Shown here: positions 20,201 through 29,905 of the stretch, piece after piece
Layout: every line of letters begins with the position of its first letter
How positions within the stretch are numbered: the first letter of the stretch is position 1
Assembly (NCBI GenBank): GCA_017481265.1
Contig: JAFUPK010000001.1
Coordinates: 1 to 43,694 of the forward strand
Source of the DNA: Clostridia bacterium
Lineage (GTDB): Bacteria > Bacillota > Clostridia > Oscillospirales > CAG-272
DNA: 43,694 nt
Direction of reading: 5' to 3'
Position numbers and translations under genes: made by a program
Notes under the pieces: model-generated
The model's input: the letters and a program-made list of their open reading frames with translations, nothing else
Database searches by the model: none
Told to the model about the DNA's origin: nothing

Positions 20201-20831
20201 AGCTCTCGGTCATGTTAATGTTTCCGCTATAGAAGAATTTGCCGAGACTAAGGAGCGCTACGATTACATAAAGACGCAGATGGATGATCTTGAAGCTTCA
20301 AAGCGTGAGCTTCTCGGAATAATCGACGGAATCGAGACCGACATGAAGCGTATGTTCACCGAGGCATTCGAGAAGATCAACCGCAACTTCGGTGAGGTGT
20401 TCCGCGAGCTGTTCGGCGGCGGTGTTGCTGAGCTTTCTCTGACCGATCCGGAAAACGTGCTCACCAGCGGAATCGAGATATCTGCGGCGCCTCCCGGAAA
20501 GACTATCAAAAATCTCAGCCTTCTTTCGGGTGGTGAGCAGGCGTTTATCGCCATAGCCCTCATGTTTGCACTGATCAAGTACAGCCCCTCTCCCTTCTGT
20601 ATCTTTGACGAGATCGAGGCGGCGCTTGACGAGGTCAATGTAACGAGAGTCGCAAACTATGTTCACAAGTTCTCATCCGAGATGCAGATCATCATGATCA
20701 CGCACCGCCGCGGTACCATGGACATCGCCGATACTCTTTACGGTGTCACAATGCCGAGACGGGGAATCTCAAAGGTGTTTACTCTTGATGTAAATGCCGC
20801 CGATGCCAATGACGTATTCCTCAAAAACTGA
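17223..20831 (+). CDS. smc: Chromosome segregation protein SMC
   Basis: GFKSF, Walker A GPNGSGKSN, coiled coils, hinge GRATF...GGS, LSGGE, FDEIEAALD. Confidence 0.98.
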   Translation: MYLKSLELHGFKSFPDKTVLKFNPGTTIIVGPNGSGKSNITDAMRWVLGELSSKSLRGSKMEDVIFSGADGVRPMGFAEVSITFDNSGEEKTLPSDYDEITVTRRYYRAGDSAYFINRKPVRLKDIYELFMNTGVGREGYSIIGQGRIAEIISKKSEERRSIFEEAAGITKYRYRKNESQKKLTETENNMIRVGDIAAELESRIGPLEKEAAKARRYLELYDEKKKLDVSLWKYDMDKLRENLDRFEAETKMSSHELEMAEDTLRQLTDTLERMYEASSKNKEASQRLYDEISGVRSAKSKLENDVRLIENNTLHAKNSLENEKRAAAAAESALDAVRTRRGELERILNETEAKINDKNDELSCLTDEKNAAVAGRNSLDADIDRLFAERQRADAELGDLRVRLSVLKNSISEGSRRKEGIDEEVDAYKRELARLEADIADESETVASYDAGAEAEKARFAEAEKALSEAQAECDRLRTELSAVLAESEALSSRIAAMERMLEHFDGYNNSIKFVMNESGAGRLSGIHGPLSHLIKVDSKYAVALETSMGSALQNIVTENEVSAKSAIAALKRAGAGRATFYPITTVKAQDKNAELKSAASCKGFVGFADELVECEARYREIVKSIVGRVCVFDNIDNASDMARARGWRVRAVTLDGQQINAGGSFTGGSARRDSGMLTRSSQIDSMKADKAERDKKAEDLGVALRENEKKLQSLARARADADEKRRLMESLASVEKTSLGELEAKRDMTLGLITKLEGDVARFDENSRKNADDIKLLEGMIAAAEETVAKLVGEREEKAASRGELDAKADELTISILDLQVELAGLLKDCENTKSSIDDAQTRMAELTSEIGSHIEESSRLADEIGTAAQHKDDLTALGEETATHLSALEEKLREIEAEGDRIEESLSDMRRREKEQSSKKEILVVTHTKNENKLEGLKNELDKMTARLWDEYELTYTGALELLGEDGYEEIAEGTRTRCHSRLTELKSRIRALGHVNVSAIEEFAETKERYDYIKTQMDDLEASKRELLGIIDGIETDMKRMFTEAFEKINRNFGEVFRELFGGGVAELSLTDPENVLTSGIEISAAPPGKTIKNLSLLSGGEQAFIAIALMFALIKYSPSPFCIFDEIEAALDEVNVTRVANYVHKFSSEMQIIMITHRRGTMDIADTLYGVTMPRRGISKVFTLDVNAADANDVFLKN

Positions 20832-20857
20832 CGAATCAAAGGAAAGGAACGATCCAC

Positions 20858-21775
20858 ATGGGATTTCTTGATAAACTTAAAAACGGACTGAAAAAGACAA
20901 AGGCTGCCGTGTTCGGTCAGCTTGACAATGTGATAAAGAGCTTTCGCAAGGTAGACGAGGAGCTTCTTGAGGAGCTTGAAGAGATCCTCATTTGCTCCGA
21001 CGTGGGAGCTGATACCACAGAATATATCATCGACGAGCTTCGCGAGCGTATCAAGAGTGGAAATATCAAACAGGCAGACGATGTGCGTTCTGCTCTCGGA
21101 GAGATCCTCCGTGAGCTTGTGGGTGAGGGTGAGCCCTTAAAGCTTGATACCCATCCCTCCGTTATTCTCGTAATCGGAGTGAACGGTGTTGGCAAGACTA
21201 CATCCATCGGTAAGATATCCGCTAACCTGAAGTCACAGGGCAAGCGTGTTCTCGTTGCGGCGGCTGACACCTTCCGTGCGGCGGCTATAGACCAGCTTGC
21301 GGTGTGGTGCGACAGAGCAGGAGTTGATCTTATCCGTCAGAACGAAGGCTCTGACCCCGCGGCGGTAGTATATGATGCTGTTGCGGCGGCAAAGAAGCGT
21401 GATGCCGACGTTCTCATCGTTGATACTGCGGGACGTCTCCACAACAAGAAGAACCTTATGGATGAGCTTGCGAAGATCGGACGTGTTCTTGACCGCGAGC
21501 TTCCCGGATGCTCCAAAGAGACTCTTCTCGTTCTTGACTCCACCACAGGTCAGAATGCTCTCGTTCAGGCGAAGGAATTCAAAAATGCAACAGAGATCAC
21601 AGGACTTATCCTTACCAAGCTTGACGGTACCGCAAAGGGTGGCGCTGTGTTCTCCATCCGCCGTACTGTCGGACTTCCCGTGAAGTACATTGGTGTGGGT
21701 GAGCAGATCGACGATATGGAGCCATTTAATGCAGAGCAGTTTGTAGATGCTCTTCTCGGAGAAGCTGAGGACTGA
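20858..21775 (+). CDS. ftsY: SRP receptor FtsY
   Basis: GVNGVGKTT, DTFRAAA, DTAGR, TKLDGTAKGG, GVGE. Confidence 0.98.
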   Translation: MGFLDKLKNGLKKTKAAVFGQLDNVIKSFRKVDEELLEELEEILICSDVGADTTEYIIDELRERIKSGNIKQADDVRSALGEILRELVGEGEPLKLDTHPSVILVIGVNGVGKTTSIGKISANLKSQGKRVLVAAADTFRAAAIDQLAVWCDRAGVDLIRQNEGSDPAAVVYDAVAAAKKRDADVLIVDTAGRLHNKKNLMDELAKIGRVLDRELPGCSKETLLVLDSTTGQNALVQAKEFKNATEITGLILTKLDGTAKGGAVFSIRRTVGLPVKYIGVGEQIDDMEPFNAEQFVDALLGEAED

Positions 21776-21776
21776 T

Positions 21777-22478
21777 ATGACAGAGCTTGTACTTGCTTCA
21801 AACAATAAAAAGAAGATCGCTGAGCTTCAGAAGCTTTTTGACAGTGCAGATATCGGAGACATTAAAATACTGTCACTGCACGACATAGGATATACCGAAG
21901 ATATTGAGGAGTACGGCAGAAGCTTTGAGGAAAACTCTCTCATCAAGGCATCCGTTCCGGCGTCTCTCGGATACATCGGTATCGCGGATGATTCGGGTCT
22001 TTGCGTGGATGCTCTCGGCGGTGAGCCCGGAATATACTCCGCAAGATATTCCGAGGACGAGGGTGAAGCAGATGACCGCGACGCGGCAAACAGAGTAAAG
22101 CTGCTTCGAAAGCTTGACTCTACTCCCGACGGTGAGCGCGGCGGTGCTTTCGTCTGTGTTATGTCGGCTGTTTTCCCCGAAAACGGTGGATTTGTGGTTC
22201 CTGAAGAGTACCGTGCGGCAGAGGAACATACGGACTTCACTTCTACCGACCGTTCACGCAGTGTCACCGTTCGCGGTGAGTGCCGCGGAACTATCACAAG
22301 AGAGGAAAAGGGAGAGGGCGGCTTTGGATATGATAACCTTTTCTATTCACCGGAGCTTAATAAGACCTTTGCTGAAGCAACAGCCGAAGAGAAAGCCTCC
22401 GTCAGTCACCGCGGACGTGCAGTTTCCGTTTTCGTAAAGATCCTTGCACACATAATCAGTGAGTCAATCAAAAAATAA
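21777..22478 (+). CDS. rdgB: Non-canonical purine NTP pyrophosphatase (RdgB/HAM1)
   Basis: ASNNKKK..E, ADDSGL.VDAL.G.PGIYSARY, GFGYD, SHRG. Confidence 0.93.
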   Translation: MTELVLASNNKKKIAELQKLFDSADIGDIKILSLHDIGYTEDIEEYGRSFEENSLIKASVPASLGYIGIADDSGLCVDALGGEPGIYSARYSEDEGEADDRDAANRVKLLRKLDSTPDGERGGAFVCVMSAVFPENGGFVVPEEYRAAEEHTDFTSTDRSRSVTVRGECRGTITREEKGEGGFGYDNLFYSPELNKTFAEATAEEKASVSHRGRAVSVFVKILAHIISESIKK

Positions 22479-22499
22479 TCAGATAAAGGAATATGAATT

Positions 22500-22799
22500 A
22501 TGCTTACAAGTAAACAGAGAGCCCGTCTTCGCGGCTTTGCCAATACAATACAGCCTATAACTCAGGTGGGAAAGAGCGGCGTAACACCCGAGCTCTGCGC
22601 TACGGTGGAAGCAGCGCTTGAGTCCCGCGAGCTCATAAAGCTGAGCGTTCTCGAAACTGCAGGACTTACCGCACGTGAGGCGGCTGATGCAGTCTCCGAG
22701 GCAACGGGAGCCGACGTTGTGTCCGTGATCGGCAGAAAGTTCGTGCTGTTCCGCGTTTCTTCAAAGGAAGAAAACCGTAAGATATCTGCAGAAATATAA
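22500..22799 (+). CDS. yhbY: CRM-domain RNA-binding protein YhbY
   Basis: MLTSKQRA.LR..A....P...VGK.G, ELIK, IGR..VLFR. Confidence 0.92.
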   Translation: MLTSKQRARLRGFANTIQPITQVGKSGVTPELCATVEAALESRELIKLSVLETAGLTAREAADAVSEATGADVVSVIGRKFVLFRVSSKEENRKISAEI

Positions 22800-23440
22800 T
22801 GAAAGATCACAGAAAGCTGAGAGTCGGGCTTTACGGCGGAACGTTTTCTCCGCCGCATCTCGGCCATCTTCACGCGGCACGTGAGTTCGCAAAGGCGCTT
22901 GACCTTGACAGACTTGTTATTATGCCGGCAAATATTCCGCCTCATAAGAGGGTCAGCCATTTTGTGGACGGCGAGACACGCCTTGAGCTTTGCCGCTTGA
23001 CCTTTGGTTCCATTGAGTGTGCCGAAATATCGGATTTTGAAATAAAAAAGGAAGGCGTCAGCTATACCGTGGAGACCCTGAGACATATGGCAGCCGCCGA
23101 TACGGAGCTTTTTATGCTCTGCGGCGATGATATGTTTCTTACCCTTGACACATGGAGGTGCGCTGAAGAGATTTTTTCGCTCACCGCCGTTGTGTGTATG
23201 AGACGGTATCTGACTGACGTGACTCCGTTGCTTCTTAAAAAGGCGGAATATGAGGAAAAATACGGTGCTCGCGTGTATTTCATCGACGAGAGCGCATATC
23301 CCGTATCATCGACGGAGATCAGGGAAAGGCTTACCGCAGGCGAAAGCTGCGAAGGACTCCTTCACGGCGCAGCAGAGGAATTTATTCTCGAAAACGGGAT
23401 ATACGCACAGACGGATAAAGGAAGCGTAACATATGAATAA
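22799..23440 (+). CDS. nadD: Nicotinate-nucleotide adenylyltransferase
   Basis: GGTFSPPHLGH, PPHK, SYTVETL, G.D, SSTEIR. Confidence 0.94.
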   Translation: MKDHRKLRVGLYGGTFSPPHLGHLHAAREFAKALDLDRLVIMPANIPPHKRVSHFVDGETRLELCRLTFGSIECAEISDFEIKKEGVSYTVETLRHMAAADTELFMLCGDDMFLTLDTWRCAEEIFSLTAVVCMRRYLTDVTPLLLKKAEYEEKYGARVYFIDESAYPVSSTEIRERLTAGESCEGLLHGAAEEFILENGIYAQTDKGSVTYE

Positions 23441-24083
23441 TACTATTAAAGAGGCGGATATCCTCGCTTTGAGAGAAAGGGTCAAAGGATATCTGACCGG
23501 AAAAAGATACGCACACACACTTGCTGTGGAGAGAGAGGCTTGCTTCCTCGGAAAGATATATCTTCCCGAAAAAACAGCCGAGCTGAGGTGTGCCGCACTT
23601 CTCCACGATATTACAAAAAAGTGTGATTTAGAAAAACAGTTGCAATATTGCTCGGAATTTGATATAATAGTGGGTGATTACGATATACTCTCTCCCAAGA
23701 CCTTCCATGCAAAGACCGCATCGGCGCTCATAAAACGGGATTTTCCGGATTATGCGTCCGACGATATAGTGTCCGGCGTAAGATGGCATACCACGGGACA
23801 TGACAGCATGACTGTATTTGAGGCGATAGTATATCTTGCAGACTACATCGAGGATACGAGAACCTTCGCTGACTGTGTTGCCCTCCGAAAATATTTCAGA
23901 GTGGGACTTGAACGCGGCTGTGACAGAGAAGAGCTTCTCACACGCACCATGATAAAGTCATTCGACATGACCGTAAGATGCCTTATTGAGGAAGGCGCAC
24001 CCGTTGATACGGATACGATCACGGCACGAAGCTTTTATATCAAAAAGCTGGGGCTTTTGACGGGTACGGCATCTGCAATGTAA
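23433..24083 (+). CDS. yqeK: HD-domain Ap4A hydrolase YqeK
   Basis: RYAHT, ALLHDITK, H, HTTG, YLADYIE. Follows nadD. Confidence 0.9.
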   Translation: MNNTIKEADILALRERVKGYLTGKRYAHTLAVEREACFLGKIYLPEKTAELRCAALLHDITKKCDLEKQLQYCSEFDIIVGDYDILSPKTFHAKTASALIKRDFPDYASDDIVSGVRWHTTGHDSMTVFEAIVYLADYIEDTRTFADCVALRKYFRVGLERGCDREELLTRTMIKSFDMTVRCLIEEGAPVDTDTITARSFYIKKLGLLTGTASAM

Positions 24084-24110
24084 GTCTTTATCCTAAAAAG
24101 GAGTCGGCGA

Positions 24111-25379
24111 TTGCCGGAAAATGAAAAAATGAGTACAAATGAAAAGGAAATGGCGGCTGTAAGAAGAAAAAAGAGAAGAGGCGCTCTTACTGCAGGTAAA
24201 AAAGCGGCGATCATCGTTATTCTTGCTCTTTACATTATCGTTCTTGCGGCGACTTCGCTCTTCGTTTTTTACAGACCGAATACAGAACGTAACACCCTTA
24301 CGGCAGTAGTCACGCAAACTGACGAGCACGGAAGCGTTGTGACCGATAACGAGGGAAATGCGGTAACTGAGATCATATCCGTTGATCCTTCGGAAAAGGT
24401 CGATTCTTATAATATCCTTGTTCTCGGACATGACAGAGCCGCAATGCTTACCGACGTGTTCATGCTTGTAAATATCGACAACAGAGATAATTCCATTACG
24501 GTAATGCAGATCCCCCGCGACACATGGGTGTCCGATCACAAGGGACCTGAGGGCACATACCACTACGTTATCTCCAACAAGATCAATGCTGTTTTCTCCA
24601 CATATTTTAATTATCACAGATATAATGAGGGCATGGATACCTCCGAGGCATACGACAAGGCTCTTACCTCTGTGGCGGATGTCCTTGAGGAAAACCTCTT
24701 TATAAACATAGACTATTCCGTTATTATGGACCTTGACGGCTTCCAGAAGATTGTCGATATCCTCGGCGGAGTTGAGATGTACGTTGAGAGACCTATGGTG
24801 TATCAGGATCCGGAGCAGGGACTTTATATCAATATTCCCGCCGGATACCAGACGTTAAACGGTCATCAGGCAGAGGGCTTTGTAAGATACCGTAAGGGAT
24901 ATGCTACAGCAGACCTTGGACGCCAGAACGCACAAAAGCAGTTTATGACATCACTTTTCAGCAAAGCAAAGAGCACGCTGTCTCTTTCCAATGCCGATAA
25001 GCTCAAGGATATTGCGGATGCGATCTATACCTATATAGACACGGATATGTCTGCGGCAGAGATACTCTTCTTCGCAAAGAGCCTTCTCAAATGCGATCTT
25101 TCCGAGATGAATATGATGACCATGCCCGGAAATCTCGTGGGACAGTATTATGTCATGAACCGCGAGGCGGTATACGGAGTAATGAATACTTCCTATAACC
25201 TTAACACTACGGATATTCCCGATGCCGCCTTCGACAGCGGAAGCCTCTTTAACAACACAGGCGATTACTATATAAGCTATGCATATAAGCTCCCCGCAAA
25301 TGAGGTGTTTGATAACACCGTGTTCAACGGTGCAGATGTGGATAAGGACGGAGTAGATCTTCCTTGGAATAATTATTGA
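24111..25379 (+). CDS. LCP (LytR-CpsA-Psr) family cell-wall glycopolymer transferase, copy 1
   Basis: Basic N-tail plus one TM helix; NILVLG.D, IPRDT, KINA, VDILGGV, FVRYR, DLGR. AAGGAG RBS before the TTG start. Confidence 0.9.
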   Translation: MPENEKMSTNEKEMAAVRRKKRRGALTAGKKAAIIVILALYIIVLAATSLFVFYRPNTERNTLTAVVTQTDEHGSVVTDNEGNAVTEIISVDPSEKVDSYNILVLGHDRAAMLTDVFMLVNIDNRDNSITVMQIPRDTWVSDHKGPEGTYHYVISNKINAVFSTYFNYHRYNEGMDTSEAYDKALTSVADVLEENLFINIDYSVIMDLDGFQKIVDILGGVEMYVERPMVYQDPEQGLYINIPAGYQTLNGHQAEGFVRYRKGYATADLGRQNAQKQFMTSLFSKAKSTLSLSNADKLKDIADAIYTYIDTDMSAAEILFFAKSLLKCDLSEMNMMTMPGNLVGQYYVMNREAVYGVMNTSYNLNTTDIPDAAFDSGSLFNNTGDYYISYAYKLPANEVFDNTVFNGADVDKDGVDLPWNNY

Positions 25380-25419
25380 TAGTCCCCCTGCCATCTGCCG
25401 CTGAAAGGCAAGGTGCAAT

Positions 25420-26625
25420 ATGAACGGTAATAATTATGAAAGACAGCCTGAACGTTACTATGTGACAAAGCATAAGAAAAAGCGTCCGCGCAGGCACAGG
25501 ATAGCAATAGCTTTGATCCTTGTGCTCTATGCTGTGATACTCGGCGCAGTTGCATATTTTACGCTTTACCGTCCCGATACGGGTGGGGTAGATACCTTCG
25601 TGGAATATGAGACCGACGAGAACGGCAACAGAGTGGAGATCACACATGAGTATGCTCAGCGTGACGGTGTGTACAACTTTCTTATCCTCGGAGAGGACAG
25701 GGAAGCTTCGCTTACCGACGTGTGTATGCTCGTAAACTTCGACACAGAAAGCGGTAAGCTTGCGATCCTTCAGCTTCCCCGCGATACCTATGTGCGGAGC
25801 GTTGACGGAGTACGTAATAGCTCGGGCAAGATCAATGAGCTTTTCGCCGATCACAGAAACGCAAGAATACGTAACGGAGAGTCTGCAGGCGATGCCTATA
25901 AGGGAGCGCTTGCTGATGTTACGGAGCTTCTTGAAAAAGGACTATGCATAAGGATAAACTTTTCCGTTATTATGGACCTTGACGGCTTCCGCGGTATCGT
26001 GGATGCTGTGGGCGGTGTGGAGCTTGACGTTCCGTCGGATCTCGTATACTCGGACCCCGAGCAGGGACTGTATATAAATATTCCCAAGGGTCATCAAACT
26101 CTCGACGGTGAGGCTGCAGAGCAGTTTATCCGCTTCCGCGACAGCTTTCTTCAGGGCGATCTCGGAAGAGTAAACGCACAGAAGATGTTTATTTCCGCTT
26201 TCTTTTCAAAGCTTAAAAGCTGTGGCGTTTCCGAAGCTGCACGTATAGCCGATGAGGTCTTTGAAAATGTGACCACCGATCTTACCCTCAGTGATACGGT
26301 ATTCTTCGCAAAGAAGGTTATATCGGCAGATCTTTCGAATATCACCATGCAGACTCTTCCGGGACAGGTAGCCGGTACCAAGGCTTCTCACTATATCATG
26401 AACCGCGCGGCTGCTCTAAAGGTCATAAACGGAAGCTTTAACGTGTACGATAAAGCTGTGACTGACGGTATATTCGATTCTGCGGGGATGTTCAACGATC
26501 CCGAAAGCGCATATATCTCATCCTTATATTACGCACATGAGTCGGAGCTTTACGATAAAAATATCTACACCGGAGACGGTGTTGCAAATGACGGAATTGA
26601 TATTCCATTGAAGAAACAACAGTAA
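25420..26625 (+). CDS. LCP family protein, copy 2 (tandem paralog)
   Basis: Same architecture: NFLILG.D, LPRDT, KIN, VDAVGGV, FIRFR, GDLGR. Confidence 0.9.
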   Translation: MNGNNYERQPERYYVTKHKKKRPRRHRIAIALILVLYAVILGAVAYFTLYRPDTGGVDTFVEYETDENGNRVEITHEYAQRDGVYNFLILGEDREASLTDVCMLVNFDTESGKLAILQLPRDTYVRSVDGVRNSSGKINELFADHRNARIRNGESAGDAYKGALADVTELLEKGLCIRINFSVIMDLDGFRGIVDAVGGVELDVPSDLVYSDPEQGLYINIPKGHQTLDGEAAEQFIRFRDSFLQGDLGRVNAQKMFISAFFSKLKSCGVSEAARIADEVFENVTTDLTLSDTVFFAKKVISADLSNITMQTLPGQVAGTKASHYIMNRAAALKVINGSFNVYDKAVTDGIFDSAGMFNDPESAYISSLYYAHESELYDKNIYTGDGVANDGIDIPLKKQQ

Positions 26626-26650
26626 AACAGACAAAGGTTTGGTTAACAAT

Positions 26651-27043
26651 ATGGAAAATATGGAAAACAAAGAAACAATGAAGCTTGAAACTCCCCTTGA
26701 GATCGCTGAAGCTATAGTCAAGGCTGTGGATTCCAAGAAGGGAAGCGATATTAAGCTTCTCCACGTTGAGGACCGCACTGTGATCACGGATTATTTCGTG
26801 ATCTGCACAGGTACCTCCCGTACACAGGTAAGAGCTCTTGCGGACGAGGCTGACTACATCCTCGAGCAGAGCGGTATCACCTGCGTTCACACAGAGGGAT
26901 ACGATACGGGCGTTTGGGTGCTCAAGGATTACGGAAGCGTTATCCTTCACGTGTTCAACGCACAGAGCAGAGATTTCTACAAGCTTGAAAAGCTTTACGA
27001 CGGCACAACCGACGTGAGCGTAGATGATATTATCACAGACTAA
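26651..27043 (+). CDS. rsfS: Ribosome silencing factor RsfS (Iojap); start uncertain
   Basis: KKG.DI, DYFVICTG.S..QV.A, W.L.DYG.V..HVF....R.FY.LEKL. Confidence 0.93.
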   Translation: MENMENKETMKLETPLEIAEAIVKAVDSKKGSDIKLLHVEDRTVITDYFVICTGTSRTQVRALADEADYILEQSGITCVHTEGYDTGVWVLKDYGSVILHVFNAQSRDFYKLEKLYDGTTDVSVDDIITD

Positions 27044-27083
27044 AGTATATCGAATCTAACGGAAAGGCAAAGTTCTATCTGAA

Positions 27084-29486
27084 ATGAGACACGATTTTAA
27101 AAACATTGAAGAAAAATGGCAGAAAAAGTGGGAGGACGAGGGTATCTTCCACGCCGAGGATAACAGCGACAAGAAGAAATTTTTCGCACTTGTAGAGTTC
27201 CCCTACCCCAGCGGAGCGGGAATGCACGTAGGTCACGTCAAGGCTTACTCCGGACTTGAGGTCATCTCAAGAAAGAGAAGAATGGAAGGATACAACGTCC
27301 TTTTCCCTCTCGGATTTGACGCTTTCGGACTTCCTACAGAAAACTATGCAATAAAGACAGGTATCCATCCCCGTAAGGTAACCGACATGAACATCGCCAA
27401 GTTCACCTCTCAGATGAAGAGAGTCGGCTTCTCCTTCGACTGGACACGTACTGTTGACACCACTGACGAAAACTACTACAAGTGGACTCAGTGGATCTTC
27501 CTCAAGATGTTCGAGAACGGACTTGTGTTCCGTGATAAGACTCTCGTAAACTACTGCCCCAGCTGTAAGGTAGTCCTTTCCAACGAGGACTCACAGGGAG
27601 GCAAGTGCGACATCTGCCACAGCGATATCGTACAGAGAAGCAAGGATGTTTGGTATCTCCGCATCACCGAATACGCCGACAAGCTCCTTGAGGGACTTGA
27701 GGATGTGGACTATCTTCCCAACGTAAAGACTCAGCAGGTCAACTGGATCGGTAAGTCCCGCGGCGCATTCGTAAACTTCGATGTTGACGGCGCTGATGAG
27801 AAGCTCCGCATCTACACCACACGTCCCGACACTCTCTTCGGTGTTACATTCATGGTACTTGCACCCGAGCACCCCATCCTTGATACATATAAGGATAAGA
27901 TCACAAACTTCGCGGAGGTCGAGGCTTACCGTGAGCTTTGCGGTAAGAAGACCGAGTTCGAGAGAACACAGCTCGTTAAGGATAAGACAGGCGTAAAGAT
28001 CGAAGGTCTTTCCGGTATCAACCCCGTAAACGGCAAGAATATTCCCATCTATATCTCCGACTACGTAATGATGGGATACGGTACGGGTGCTATCATGGCA
28101 GTTCCCGCACACGATGAGCGTGACTATGACTTCGCAAAGAAGTTCGGCATCGACATAATTGAAGTAATCAAGGGCGGAAATATCGAAGAGGCGGCTTACA
28201 CCGGAGACGGTGAGATGGTCAACTCCGATTTCCTCAACGGCTATGACAACAAGCGCGACTCTATAGATAAGATGATCGAGGTACTTGCTGAGCGCGGCAT
28301 CGGAGAAGCAGGCGTTCAGTACAAGATGAAGGACTGGGCATTCAACCGCCAGAGATACTGGGGCGAGCCTATTCCGATCGTTCACTGCGAGCACTGCGGT
28401 ATGGTTCCTCTGCCCTACGAGGAGCTTCCGCTGAGACTTCCCGAGATCGAGAACTTTGAGCCCGGCGAAGGCGGAGAGAGTCCTCTTGCAAAGATCGACT
28501 CCTACGTAAACTGCAAGTGCCCGAAATGCGGTGCTGACGCAAAGCGCGAAACAGACACCATGCCCCAGTGGGCAGGCTCTTCCTGGTACTTCCTCAGATA
28601 TATCGACCCGAATAACGACACCTGTCTTGCAGATCCCGAAAAGCTGAAGTATTGGATGCCTGTTGATTGGTATAACGGCGGTATGGAGCACGTAACACGT
28701 CACCTTATATACTCCCGCTTCTGGCACCGCTTCCTCTACGACATCGGCGAGGTTCCTGTAAAAGAGCCTTATGCAAAGAGAACTGCCCAGGGACTCATCC
28801 TCGGTCCTGACGGAGAGAAGATGAGTAAGTCCAAGGGTAACGTAGTTGACCCCAACGATGTTGTTGATGCATACGGTGCTGATGTTCTCAGAATGTACAT
28901 TCTCTTTATGGGTGACTACGGTGCGGCTGCTCCCTGGTCCGAGAACGGCGTTAAGGGCTGTAAGAGATTCCTTGAGAGAGTCTCAGCTCTCACAGATATG
29001 GTAAAGGGCGGCGAGGCTGACGCTGAGCTTGACAGTCTCCTCCATAAGACCATCAAGAAGGTGACCGGTGACATCGAAGAGATGAAGTTCAATACCGCTA
29101 TCGCGGCTATGATGGCACTTGTCAACAAGATCTACGAGGTAGGAAGCCTTACTCAGGATCGGCTTTCCGCATTCGTAAGACTCATATGTCCCTTTGCGCC
29201 TCACCTTGCAGAGGAAATGTGGGAGACTATCGGCGGTGCGGGCTTTGCATCTCTTGCCGCATGGCCCGAGTATGACGAAGCAAAGTGCGTTGACAGCACA
29301 GTTGAGATCGCGGTACAGATCTGCGGCAAGCTCCGCGCTACGGTTATGATCGCCGCTGATGCTACAGCAGAGACCGCAATTGCCGCAGCAAAGGCAAACG
29401 ATAAGGTCGCACAGGCGCTTGAAGGAAAGAAGATAATCAAGGAGATCTACGTTCCCGGACGTATCGTCAACATTGTAGCAAAATAA
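27084..29486 (+). CDS. leuS: Leucine--tRNA ligase
   Basis: FPYPSG..HVGH, TTRPDT, GTGAIMAVPAHD, RQRYWG, KMSKS. Confidence 0.98.
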   Translation: MRHDFKNIEEKWQKKWEDEGIFHAEDNSDKKKFFALVEFPYPSGAGMHVGHVKAYSGLEVISRKRRMEGYNVLFPLGFDAFGLPTENYAIKTGIHPRKVTDMNIAKFTSQMKRVGFSFDWTRTVDTTDENYYKWTQWIFLKMFENGLVFRDKTLVNYCPSCKVVLSNEDSQGGKCDICHSDIVQRSKDVWYLRITEYADKLLEGLEDVDYLPNVKTQQVNWIGKSRGAFVNFDVDGADEKLRIYTTRPDTLFGVTFMVLAPEHPILDTYKDKITNFAEVEAYRELCGKKTEFERTQLVKDKTGVKIEGLSGINPVNGKNIPIYISDYVMMGYGTGAIMAVPAHDERDYDFAKKFGIDIIEVIKGGNIEEAAYTGDGEMVNSDFLNGYDNKRDSIDKMIEVLAERGIGEAGVQYKMKDWAFNRQRYWGEPIPIVHCEHCGMVPLPYEELPLRLPEIENFEPGEGGESPLAKIDSYVNCKCPKCGADAKRETDTMPQWAGSSWYFLRYIDPNNDTCLADPEKLKYWMPVDWYNGGMEHVTRHLIYSRFWHRFLYDIGEVPVKEPYAKRTAQGLILGPDGEKMSKSKGNVVDPNDVVDAYGADVLRMYILFMGDYGAAAPWSENGVKGCKRFLERVSALTDMVKGGEADAELDSLLHKTIKKVTGDIEEMKFNTAIAAMMALVNKIYEVGSLTQDRLSAFVRLICPFAPHLAEEMWETIGGAGFASLAAWPEYDEAKCVDSTVEIAVQICGKLRATVMIAADATAETAIAAAKANDKVAQALEGKKIIKEIYVPGRIVNIVAK

Positions 29487-29519
29487 TCTTTAAAATACTT
29501 ATCTTTTTAAAAGAAAGTC

Positions 29520-29548
29520 TTGACAAAGAAAAATTATTATTGTATAAT
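29520..29548 (+). promoter_or_regulatory. sigma-A promoter of rpsU
   Basis: TTGACA (29520-29525), 17 bp, TATAAT (29543-29548). Confidence 0.88.
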
Positions 29549-29602
29549 ACTATGGAGATAGTTTTTACTGTCTGTTGCCATGTGCGAAGGGAGGGATTGT
29601 AA

Positions 29603-29779
29603 GTGGCAGAGGTTAGAGTAAAGGAAAACGAATCACTTGACAGCGCACTTCGTCGTTTCAAGAGACAGTGCCAGCGCTCCGGAATCCAGGCAGAGCTTCG
29701 CAAGAGAGAATGCTATGAGAAGCCCAGCGTAAAGAGAAAGAAGAAGTCCGAAGCAGCAAGAAAGCGCAAGTACAAGTAA
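29603..29779 (+). CDS. rpsU: 30S ribosomal protein S21 (58 aa, not in the ORF track)
   Basis: Translated by hand from GTG: [67 protein letters not shown]. Confidence 0.97.
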   Translation: MAEVRVKENESLDSALRRFKRQCQRSGIQAELRKRECYEKPSVKRKKKSEAARKRKYK

Positions 29780-29788
29780 TTTGTCTTT

Positions 29789-29824
29789 TATCGCCGCCGA
29801 TTTTTATCGGCGGCGATATTTTTT
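29789..29824 (+). terminator. Intrinsic terminator of rpsU
   Basis: 13-bp stem TATCGCCGCCGAT/ATCGGCGGCGATA followed by a T-run. Confidence 0.85.
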
Positions 29825-29905
29825 GGTGTTTTAAAAGGAGTAGTGATAATCCCCCGGTGCTATCGGGGAAGAAGAGGGCAAAATTGCGGCTAAAAAGTCA
29901 CATAA

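Noticed and set aside
27591-28727. 378-aa antisense ORF within leuS
   Set aside because: Same shadow-ORF effect opposite a strongly biased housekeeping gene.
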